Part shown: positions 26,150 through 36,361 of the stretch, piece after piece
How the letters are laid out: each line of letters starts with the position of its first letter
Position numbering within the stretch: the stretch's first letter is position 1
Assembly (NCBI GenBank): GCA_021613535.1
Contig: CP075493.1
Coordinates: forward strand, 15,004,001-15,068,000
From: Adineta vaga
Lineage: Eukaryota; Animalia; Rotifera
Length of the DNA: 64,000 nucleotides
Direction of reading: 5' to 3'
Position numbers and translations under genes: made by a program
The notes under the pieces: generated by a model
Databases searched by the model: none
What the model was told of the DNA's origin: nothing
The model's input: only the letters and a program-made list of their open reading frames with translations

Positions 26150-26761
26150 TTACATTTGCTTGAATGTTTTTTGTAGTTTTCGAAAGAGAAGAGAACTCGT
26201 AATACGATGGCGAAATACATAGCAGCACAAAGTAATACCAAGAAACACAGATAAATATACACTAGTATCAAAAGCGCGAGAAGTAGATGAGAATTTTCTA
26301 TCGCTTAAATGACAACGACCTGAAAAATCTTCAAATAAATTGTTGCTTCCATATTTCTGCTGTTTCAAATCTCCATCTTTGGTCACAATATAAGAAAAAT
26401 TTTGATGAATTGGATAGTTCACCACTATGATGTTTTTCGTGTGATCAGACGCAGCTTCATCGACTGTGTTCGTTCTTGTAGCACGTACGATTGTCATTAA
26501 TTCTGTTTTCGTACGTCTGTTGTATCTATGAAAACGGCGAGATGTTACTCTAAACCAACTAGTATTTGATGCCTGATTCAATTTTGTACTAATTTCCCCA
26601 GTTGGTTGTATTCCGCGAACAGCTAATTGAATTTTGGTTTCATTTAACGTAAAATGAGTCGAATAAATAGAGACCCATATATCGTCAGCATGAGCATTTG
26701 CAATATGTGTAATATTGCTCCAATGGAACAATGCCTCCCAAATATCTTTTAATGTAAACAT
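26150..26761 (-). CDS. Hypothetical 203-aa protein with C-terminal transmembrane helix
   Basis: Intact ATG-to-stop ORF with globular composition; hydrophobic VYLSVFLGITLCCYVF followed by a basic tail. Confidence 0.6.
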   Translation of the reverse strand: MFTLKDIWEALFHWSNITHIANAHADDIWVSIYSTHFTLNETKIQLAVRGIQPTGEISTKLNQASNTSWFRVTSRRFHRYNRRTKTELMTIVRATRTNTVDEAASDHTKNIIVVNYPIHQNFSYIVTKDGDLKQQKYGSNNLFEDFSGRCHLSDRKFSSTSRAFDTSVYLSVFLGITLCCYVFRHRITSSLLFRKLQKTFKQM

Positions 26762-26829
26762 TCTTTTTCGACTGTTTTCCTATAAAGAAACAAAAATTTT
26801 CGATAAGAATGAATTGCAAATTATGAAAA

Positions 26830-27540
26830 AAGAGATGGGGACGGCTGTTTTGAACGACATTCCTCTTTGTCTATTTCAGTAACACGTGAGTTTTTTCTTC
26901 TCTACTTCCTCTTTCCTTTCATTCCGATGTTTTTCTCTTTCAGCCTCTATTACATAGTGTCTTACGATGTATACACTTCGATATTTTCCTTTTTCTCTTT
27001 GCTATTGTTTGTATTTTGTCAGGGTCGTCAAATGGAACCAAAAACACTTCTAACTGACGAATACAAATCAACAGTGAAGAAATAATTCAGAGCGTTTATA
27101 TGACATTAAAACGTGATGATTTCTTGAATGATAATGATGAAATAAAAATACAAAATATCAATAATTATATTAAGTTAATATAGTAAGAATATACATACTG
27201 GATTTCGTACGTGTGCGTACAAATTTTCTTAGTATAAACTTCACCGTTAGATTCTTATTTCGCTTTCGAATCTTAATTCAGAACAACTTTTACTACAATT
27301 AACCTTCGTCTTTTCTACAACGACTAGTTTTTACCACACAGAACTACGTCTCTAACTCTTTTCTAATAATATCTCAGAGAAATGCCGAATAGAGAGAGAT
27401 AGGAAAGTAAGAGAAACATCGAGAAAAATATAAAGAGAGAGGAAAGAAGAAATCGGTATTATAACGGGAAAAAAAGAATTTCTTACTGAAATAAACAAAG
27501 CGGACGCCATTTAAAAGGACGTTCGTCCTCTTTCTTGGCA
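26830..27540. mobile_element. Degenerate foldback / MITE-like element
   Basis: ctttgtctatttcagtaa (~26864) versus ttactgaaataaacaaag (~27483). The pyrimidine-rich left arm mirrors the purine-rich right arm over about 130 nt. Confidence 0.45.
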
Positions 27541-27812
27541 TACAAACATCTAAATCTCACAATCATAATCTCAATACAGATTCAAAATAAAGCATCTGTC
27601 AAACTAATTTGTAAGGCTTTTCAATTAACTTCGCTTTTTGTACTAGTACTGCTTATCGATAAGCAATCATGTACTAAGTGAAATTCGATCCAATATCTAC
27701 TTGTTTCGTTTACTTAGAAAAAAATAGATTTGCATAAAGAGCAGTCTATACAGAATGGTCTTTAATGTGATTCATAATCGAGATAAGTTACATTCAGACG
27801 CTACATACAGTA

Positions 27813-28130
27813 TTGTATGTCGCTAATCCTTGTCATTTTGAATTGACTCCCGTAAATACATTCGTTGAACATTTTGTGAAAGAAAATACAACTATTGGAA
27901 TTCCACTTATACACTTACGATCGAAGGAATTCATTGATGATTTGTTAAAATCTTTAGTAAATGAAAGTGTAATTAACGTTAATGAAACATTGAGAATTAT
28001 TACACAATTTGTTCTCGATGAGAAACTTTATGTACATCCAAAATCGAAAATTATTCGTTATTTAGCACGAGAAATTGGATAAGATAACAATTACTTCCAA
28101 TATATGCTTGATAGTTTAATAAAAAATATA
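27813..28130 (+). pseudogene. Orphan coding fragment next to a transposon end
   Basis: Protein-like helical text IHLRSKEFIDDLLKSL..IIRYLAREIG*DNNYFQYMLDSL with an in-frame stop and no ATG start. Confidence 0.3.
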
Positions 28131-28194
28131 TAATGCTGCTTGTTTTGTTTTATTATTATATTTTTTTCTTCGATTGTTTTCATAATAACGATAT

Positions 28195-29963
28195 CCCACG
28201 GAAAAATTTTTCAGCAAATACCGCGGTAATTAACCGTTTATTACTTGCGATTTTTACCGGTGATTTTGCACCGAAAAAGTCAGACCTTTTATTAGGCTTT
28301 TCTACACCGCTCGAAACCGCGGTATGTTCAAATCGCAGTTATTAACGGTTTTTGAAAAAAAAGAGTTCATCATATCGATGATATATTATTTCTGACATCT
28401 ATCTAGTAATCTGTAACCGTTCTATGTTTGTAACCTATCTACTATCTTAAGACGATACTTTAACACCTCGGTCAACTCATTAAATACCACTATCTATTTT
28501 TTTTAATTTTCCTCTGATTAGATTCGAACTTTTTACCGAGTGATTGCAATCGACTAATTCTATTGAACCATATGATGATGTTCATTCTAATATCGAATGC
28601 GATAAAAAATCTTCTCATTTAGACTGATGTGTTTAATTTACTAGTAGATCTATAAGAGTCTTATAATTCCTAATAATTTATATCTCATTTATAATTGTAT
28701 TAAATTTTCTGAGATATTCACGTTGATGATGTGCTACATGCAATATATAAAATCTTATTTATCCCTCATAGTCGTGATTATTAAACTCTAACCACAATCT
28801 ACTCGAATAAAATCATTTCTGGAGGAAAACATATATTTTTTAGGATCTTTAGTTGATGAACTACGGTATCGTGTGTTAAGACAAAGTCTAACTATTTGAA
28901 ATATTATTATAGTTCTGCCTATATGTAGATCTAAATACATCAAAACACATAAGAATATTACTCAACATACTTATCTTGATTTCATCAACTGAAAAAAAAC
29001 AGATTTGTATATTTTTATCTCTGAATTTTTACTATCTCATGAACCTACTGTTACAAATGATCGTCGCAACAAAATCTGACTGATACTCAGAGAGACAAAA
29101 TCGACAAAAGAACGACCTTCTTATGTTGGTTTTTTCCAACAAAATCTATATATATATCACATTAAAAAATATACTTTTGTATGCGTATAAATGATGTTTT
29201 TTTTCTTTCAGATAGAAAATACCCAAAAACGACGTTTGTACGTATACAAAAGTGTATTTTTTTCACGTGGTAAATATATCTTTTGTCGAAAAAACAAAAA
29301 AAGAACGTCGTTTTTCCTTGCAAAGCGCGTTTTTTTATCGATTTTGTTTGCCTGAATATCTTTAAGATGAATTAATGTCTATTTTAAGTCAATATAATAT
29401 TTGATTAATCTAACGTCTATTTGAATTTAATTTAATCATTTCTCAGCAATTTGACTTTCAGAACAAATCTTTTTATCTCAACTCATTTCATTTGTTAATA
29501 GAAAAAAAATTGAATCTAACTTCAATCAGAAATATCTTTTTTTAAATTTAACTATGATTATATGAATAGAAATTGATGTGATATATCATTATGACAAAAA
29601 TCACATAAAAAAATCTGACAATATTACTAACACGAAATTATTTCGAATGATGATATCTTCGTAAATGATGGGAAGATCGCGGTTTGTAATAAGAAGTTCG
29701 CGAAATATAATACCGTAATGTATGATGATTCTCGAATACCACAACTAATCTATGTCTTATCAAGCTTTTTCGAAACCGCGATATTTAACGGTGTGAACAT
29801 CGTGGTTTCGTTCGAGTGTACCGCGCTAAATCGATGTTGCGGTACAACACACCGCGGTCAACTGCGGTTTATTTTGCACACCGCGATCTTTCAAGACATA
29901 ACCGCAACCACTATGAAAAAACCACGTTTATCAGCGGTATCACATTAAATATTTTTCCGTGGG
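28195..29963. mobile_element. Non-autonomous DNA transposon, EnSpm/CMC-like (1769 bp)
   Basis: TIRs cccacggaaaaat (28195-28207) and atttttccgtggg (29951-29963), flanked by AT on both sides (possible 2-bp TSD). Clustered subterminal accgcg/cgcggt repeats at both ends. No transposase ORF. Confidence 0.8.
29082..29360. repeat. Foldback (long imperfect palindrome) nested in the transposon
   Basis: gatactcagagagacaaaatcga pairs with tcgattttgtttgcctgaatatc, and tatacttttgtatgcgtataaa pairs with tttgtacgtatacaaaagtgta. Confidence 0.7.
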
Positions 29964-30436
29964 ATTACAATGGAACCTACTTCGTAATTATTTCAACGAA
30001 AGTGTCGTTGTGGGCTGAAAGAACTCGCACACTCTCAATAAATAACCTTATTGTATAATTTCAAGAGAATACATCCTATCCCGTAATGTTGTGCATTAAA
30101 GAACCTGGTGTTCCAATGTTGAGATTCGCTTGAGAACTTTTGCTGAGTCTAAAAATGTTTGCATTAAGCGCAAAATTTAATTCTCTATCGAATGATATTA
30201 TTTCTTGAGGGATGTCATCCGGAAAAGAAATCGACATTCGGCCTTCAATATTCTGTTAACTTAACTTTTACCTTTTTTCCAACTTTACTGACTTTAAACA
30301 CGTGTGCCATTAGTTTTATGTTGTCATTGCTTACAAAAGTTTTGCCGTTTCTTATCTTCATTTTTATTCATACTTCATATACTTGATGTAAAGTATCATA
30401 ACAATAAATATTCTGTAAGAAGAAACTACTATTATA

Positions 30437-31612
30437 ATGGGTATTGGTTCATCTAAGAAAACTGGATTCAAAATTGGAGAAGCCAGCCCATTTTATTGGG
30501 CGTGCAGAGCAGGAGATATACAAACAGTTCGGAAAATGCTGCCAAATATGACTTACGAACAAGTTAATCAAGTTGAGCGCAATGGAAGCACAGCTCTTCA
30601 TGCAGCCACCTATCATGAACACTCACATATCGTTCGACTACTCTTGGAGAGTGGTTGTTCACGTACGACTCAAAATCGACATGGACTCACAGCATATCAA
30701 GAAGCATCTACAGATGAAATTCGAGCATTGTTTGATCGACCAACATCAAACAGATTTCTCGATGAGCATATGACTGACACATTTCTAGTAGTTAGTCATA
30801 CGGGCGATAACGTTGATATGGAAGATGGTATACCAGATAATTGGTTCAAAGGACATGCAACAGCAAAGACAGCTTATGAGGCACAATTCATGCATGCTAT
30901 AGCGGATTCATCCGGCCTATTAAAAAACATAGTTCAGAACCGGATAGAAGCAGAGAGTAAGAAACAACTTAGACACCTTGTGTCAAGAACAATCAATGAA
31001 GAACATGGACAACACGCATGTGCGAATCAATTATACGAAAAATTTCGTAAGGAATTGGATATACCATCTCTTCTTACCATGTATACTCTTGAAACTCCAT
31101 TGTATAGCGCTTTGCAAAATGAGGCTGATTCATTTGCAACTATGATTTATTTACATTTGTCAGAATTAAAAGATCGTGCTTATAAAGGTCGAGCATATCG
31201 TGGGGGACGAATGACAGATAATGATATTCGAGCTTATCGTTGGGCACTCCAACGACAAGAGCAAGTTCTTGAAACTCGTACAATACAATCCATGTCTTTA
31301 AATAAGTCTATTGCTCTAAGTTTCACGCAATCAATACGGAGAGGTTATGATCCCCGACATGCCGTATTATTAATCTTCGATTTTCCAGAGATCTGTCCAA
31401 CTGCGATCAATTTAAACAAAATCTCGGAAAAGTTGCCAGCATTATCAGCCTTCGAATATGAAGAAGAAGTACTTCTACTGCCATTTACTTTATTTTCTGT
31501 GAAAGAAATCAAAATTGATTCCACAAGTAGTGACTATTGTATCACACTTAGTCACAGACCCACTCCAAAAGGATCAGCCGTATCGATTGCGCACAATTTA
31601 CGGAAATCATGA
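30437..31612 (+). CDS. Ankyrin-repeat + R-S-E-type mono-ADP-ribosyltransferase (ARTC-like), putatively N-myristoylated
   Basis: MGIGSSK; NGSTALHAA ankyrin; LLTMYTLETPLY; AYRGG (R), QSMS (S-x-S) and EYEEEVLLLPFTLFSV (ExE). Intronless. Confidence 0.9.
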   Translation: MGIGSSKKTGFKIGEASPFYWACRAGDIQTVRKMLPNMTYEQVNQVERNGSTALHAATYHEHSHIVRLLLESGCSRTTQNRHGLTAYQEASTDEIRALFDRPTSNRFLDEHMTDTFLVVSHTGDNVDMEDGIPDNWFKGHATAKTAYEAQFMHAIADSSGLLKNIVQNRIEAESKKQLRHLVSRTINEEHGQHACANQLYEKFRKELDIPSLLTMYTLETPLYSALQNEADSFATMIYLHLSELKDRAYKGRAYRGGRMTDNDIRAYRWALQRQEQVLETRTIQSMSLNKSIALSFTQSIRRGYDPRHAVLLIFDFPEICPTAINLNKISEKLPALSAFEYEEEVLLLPFTLFSVKEIKIDSTSSDYCITLSHRPTPKGSAVSIAHNLRKS

Positions 31613-31877
31613 TATCTAATATGATAACTCGTTTTCCTTTTGAATGTATCATATTTAACTATGATATCTAGCGATTTTCTCAATGATTTGTTTTGAAGAA
31701 AATACGTGATTTTGAACCATAAATGTTGATGTATATCTGTATGAACGATTATTTGTTGATCCATATTTATTAAGAAAAGAATATATAATATTTTAAAAAA
31801 AGGAAATGGAAAGTCATAAATGTTACATATTATGAGTTCATTCGAAATTATAATGGAGTTGTATTCAGTCAATTGCA

Positions 31878-32539
31878 TTAATTTGAGGTTTTTGAATTAG
31901 ACTGACCAAAAGCATAGCAAATGCAGCAAATAAGGAATATAACATTATATTGAGCTATAAGGAGACAGTATGCAAAATTGTACAGAGACTTATGACAGTA
32001 ATCAGGTTGGTCTGGATTGTCAAACTGAACTTGACCTCGCACATTAAACACCCAAACACAACCCTAAAATAAACTGTACAAGTTGAAGAAACTGATATGC
32101 GACCTACTCACCACTATGAACCACGCGAAAAAGAGCAGTAAGAGTGGGATAGCACCACTACAAGTCCATAAGGTTGTGCCTTCACATCTGGCAGTATCTC
32201 TTGACTTATAGCAACAGAATACTCTTGATAAAATCTACGAGTATACAATAATGATGGGATACTTATTATACGTTTAAAAGATAAATATTAATAAATATTA
32301 CTAACAACAGAAATTATCACTACACAGAGAGCAAAACCAACTGCCCCAAATACAATCATATACATTGGTATCTTTGGTTGTATCGGACATTGCTTTATTC
32401 TCGTAATTCCAACAATCATTGACGCTAACGGTAAGGCTGATAACAATGGTAGAATTATGAGAACTATAGTGATCGATGTATATATTGATCGAAATTGCGA
32501 TGCCATCGATCGTGCTAATGTTCCAGTATTTCGTGTCAT
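31878..32539 (-). CDS. TMEM272-like four-TM protein (3 exons)
   Basis: CPIQPKIPMYMIVFG, AWFIV|GCVWVF and DYCHKSLYNFAY; two short GT-AG introns; stop at 31878. Confidence 0.75.
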
Positions 32540-33173
32540 TTCGATTATCTAAAAATATATTTACAAGTATTATATAGTAAGAATGTGGGTACGGTTTTAT
32601 GATGAAATTATCGGGATTGCAAGGAATTGGATAGGATCAATAACTATAACTAGAGCAGAACTGATTTCCGACTATTCATTATTGCGAAATAGGATTTGTT
32701 CTCGAGTTATTGCCTTTGACTGCTTTCACTCTTTATTCCCAAGCACATAAAAGAAGGCAGTAACGAAATTCGACAAAGCTATTAGTTTTACTTAATCTCC
32801 AAAAGCTCTACTACTTAGTAGGCACTCTGAGTCTTCTTTCGTGTGTTAAAACGTTGCTCTGAAAAGATTTGAAAATAACTATTCAATCGTTCTGCTTGTA
32901 CCACTTATAATATTATAATGTAAATATTTTTCATACATATTCAATAATTACTCACTGTTCTCGACGATTAATAGATTTTTCTCATCTAAAATAGTCAATA
33001 GATTACAATCTAAAAAGATGTACAGTCAGGAAGTGACAAAAAAAACTTTTTTTCCTATAATAGATAATTCAACGCTTTTAGCAGCTATAAAAGAAAACGT
33101 AAACAAAAGTCATTGTTATTCTTTTCGGGATAATATTGTCATTCTCACCAAATACGAGGTTCATTCGACTAGA

Positions 33174-33986
33174 TCAAACGATAGATGACACTTGAAAAAA
33201 ACCATCGTATACATCATAACCACTCCAGACCTCTCCACCACACCATCGAATTAAACCTTCAATGTACAGCATAACTTCTAGTATCCAATGCACCTTCTCA
33301 GACGGTGAAGATGAGCCCACAACATTTATCCACCATCGGTATGCGCCCATGAAATAATGAGCCAGAGCATGATTGCTCACTGTAGCATAGTTTGATGAAA
33401 CAACACCGTTAACGATAATTGTACCGGATGGGGTAAGAGGTGCATAGTATCCTTGTGCTTTGGTCAACTTCATACTGAGAATTTCAGCAGGAACTAGTTG
33501 ATGATTGTCAATGAACTGAACTCGATCACCCACATGAAATTTGCCAGCAAAACGAGCGGCGTTTGAGTCAAAATCAAACACAAGATGATTTGGAGACACC
33601 AGCAGAATAGACGTTGAGTTTGAAAGACGTGAACGTAATGTAATTTCGAGAAAATCGAAGAGGCCGTGTTGTTTTGCATGAATGAAAGCAATGACTGGTT
33701 CGTAAGTATGGTTTTTGTTAACAAGTGCATGATCACCGATTTGTAGATTAGACAAAGTTTTCGATGAACCATCTGCAAGTTCAATGAGACTCGAGCCAGC
33801 GAAACACACAGCCGAAATCGACGATATTACACAGCTATATTGTTCACAGACATCGTCCGAAACCGAGAGGCAATTGCAAGTATGCTCAAAGCCATAGTGG
33901 TATATAGCGAAGTGATTGTAAACATAAGTGCTTTCAAGATAGAAAATTCCATGCATCATGATGATAAAGGCCAGTTGAAACGTCAT
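33174..33986 (-). CDS. Secreted Hog (Hint + sterol-recognition-like) precursor, copy A
   Basis: Hydrophobic leader and 4-Cys peptide, then [13 protein letters not shown] (Cys61), [32 protein letters not shown] and SRR-like HALAH..YRW..VHW. Confidence 0.92.
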   Translation of the reverse strand: MTFQLAFIIMMHGIFYLESTYVYNHFAIYHYGFEHTCNCLSVSDDVCEQYSCVISSISAVCFAGSSLIELADGSSKTLSNLQIGDHALVNKNHTYEPVIAFIHAKQHGLFDFLEITLRSRLSNSTSILLVSPNHLVFDFDSNAARFAGKFHVGDRVQFIDNHQLVPAEILSMKLTKAQGYYAPLTPSGTIIVNGVVSSNYATVSNHALAHYFMGAYRWWINVVGSSSPSEKVHWILEVMLYIEGLIRWCGGEVWSGYDVYDGFFQVSSIV

Positions 33987-34817
33987 TTTTGAGACAAATA
34001 ATATTGAATTGCGACAGAAAATGCTAATACTTTTTGTTAGAAAAATCTTGAAAGGAAAAATAGCAACGGATCTCAGAATATATTTAACTACTAGAAACTT
34101 GAATGTTTACACCGGCGTATTTTATGATAGGATATGGTTTATGTGAGTAGAAATGTGTCTTCTCTGAATACCGAAATATAAAGGCAGAGATAGCTGACAG
34201 TCAACAGAGATGTTTCAGTAAATATCCCAAAATCAACATATGAAAAACCAAAATTCTAACTCGATGTTTTCCCTCTTTCAAAGAATTTATTACATAAAAT
34301 AGCCTGTATTGTCGATCCTCAAAAAGTATCCAAGATGCTTCGAGAATGTTTAGATGTTTTCAATTACTCTTTTCAGTTCTCGAGTGAATTTCATGACATT
34401 ATTGCTGATAAATATTCATAATAGAAAATTCTTCTTCTGAAGTTAGGTATGTGTGATAACTATCATAAAAAACTTATTAAACGTAACCACGTGAAAAGAT
34501 AACTTTGAAGGTATCAACTGCTGACTCCTTTTTTATTATATACGTTGAAAAGTAAATCTTTTTCGCGGAATATGTCACTTTAAAATCCTACATATAACAC
34601 ACTATGTTCGCGAATAGACTCCTGTTAAAAGTTTCTTCTATTAGGATTCAATCAAATATCTCACTAGACATATGGAAAACACACTTAAATATAATATACG
34701 ATATTTTATAAAAAAAACTGATTTCAGAGGGCAGAAGACATAATCTCAGAAGCATAGAAAAAAATCGAACGTTCCACTTCTGTCATTCTCACCAAATATG
34801 AGGTTCATTCGACTAGA

Positions 34818-35627
34818 TCAAACGATAGATGACACTTGAAAAAAACCATCGTATACATCATAACCACTCCAGACCTCTCCACCACACCATCGAATTAAAC
34901 CTTCAATGTACAGCATAACTTCTAGTATCCAATGCACCTTCTCAGACGGTGAAGATGAGCCCACAACATTTATCCACCATCGATATGCGCCCATGAAATA
35001 ATGAGCCAGAGCATGATTGCTCACTGTAGCATAGTTTGATGAAACAACACCGTTAACGATAATTGTACCGGATGGGGTAAGAGGTGCATAGTATCCCTGT
35101 GCTTTGGTCAACTTCATACTGAGAATTTCAGCAGGAACTAGTTGATGATTGTCGATGAACTGAACTCGATCACCCACATGGAATTTGCCAGCAAAACGAG
35201 CGGTGTTTGAGTCAAAATCAAACACAAGATGATTTGGAGACACCAGCAGAATAGACGTTGAGTTTGAAAGACGTGAACGTAATGTAATTTCGAGAAAATC
35301 GAAGAGACCATGTTGTTTTGCATGAATGAAAGCAATGACTGGTTCGTAGGTGTCATGTTTGTTGACTAGTACATGTTCGCCGATTTGTAGATTAGACAAA
35401 GTTTTCGATGAACCATCTGCAAGTTCGACAAGACTCACACTAGAAAAGCACGATATTTTTACAGTTGTTCTGCATTTATATTCCATGCAAACAGTACCAT
35501 TGAGAGAAAGACAACTGCATGATGAATCATAACTTTGCCAAGCAGATATTTCGTTTGTTTTAATGAGCAGTGCGAAAATTATAGTGTATATGAGTATTGA
35601 TATACTCGTAACAGTCGAATTAGACAT
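34818..35627 (-). CDS. Secreted Hog (Hint + sterol-recognition-like) precursor, copy B
   Basis: Signal peptide, a different 4-Cys peptide, [13 protein letters not shown] (Cys60); remainder almost identical to copy A (offset 1644 nt). Confidence 0.92.
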   Translation of the reverse strand: MSNSTVTSISILIYTIIFALLIKTNEISAWQSYDSSCSCLSLNGTVCMEYKCRTTVKISCFSSVSLVELADGSSKTLSNLQIGEHVLVNKHDTYEPVIAFIHAKQHGLFDFLEITLRSRLSNSTSILLVSPNHLVFDFDSNTARFAGKFHVGDRVQFIDNHQLVPAEILSMKLTKAQGYYAPLTPSGTIIVNGVVSSNYATVSNHALAHYFMGAYRWWINVVGSSSPSEKVHWILEVMLYIEGLIRWCGGEVWSGYDVYDGFFQVSSIV

Positions 35628-36361
35628 AGGATTGCGATCGGATATAATCCTTCGCGTATTAAAATAAAGTATATAGTAAATAAGTGTTCAACGAAGTTGT
35701 TTAAGGATATCTAAAAAATAATAAGCCTGTATTTTACGAAAAATTTTTTCTTCATGCCGAGGATGTTGGTGTGACTGTAAATAGCGCGTTCATAATTCAC
35801 CCACATCCTGATCAACATTATGCGAACATTGTTATCGATATTGTTCGTCGGTTTGTTTGAGATACTTCTGGCAAGTCTCTCTAAGAAATCTATTAACCTT
35901 CTATTCAGTCTATTCTTCCAACATATGAAGTGTTTAACGAGTGATATCTATATTCAAAGAAGTGTCAACCTTGCATATACTTTTTCTATTCTTATCTCTA
36001 GAATCACAAAACCATCATCTTTTAAATTTACGGCTGTTATAAATCGTGACGTAGCAAAGATGTGATCACTGTTGTGTTTTTGTAGAAATGTTTTAAAGCT
36101 ACTCCAGTTCGACTCCTAGTGGTGGCTTTCGTTTCTTCAAGGTGGGTGTATTAAATATATCTCAAACTCACACCCTCCCCCTCACCCACACCCATACCCA
36201 AGATGCGGCTTTCCATTGTCTCCCACACCTTCAACATGCAATTCAAATAGTTGATAGATATTTCAATTGAATTCAAATTCAACGTTTGGCATTAATATCG
36301 TCCACATACACTACATTTTCTTTTTTTTTCAAAATTTAGTTTATTATAGAAGAACCTTTAA

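Noticed and set aside
28133-30058. ORFs 28133-28345, 29718-29948 and 29816-30058 as transposase fragments
   Set aside because: They lie in the subterminal repeats and show no transposase motifs.
33174-35627. True hedgehog genes or mobile inteins
   Set aside because: No Hedge signalling domain; no endonuclease; the residue after the Asn is Tyr; an SRR-like tail is present.
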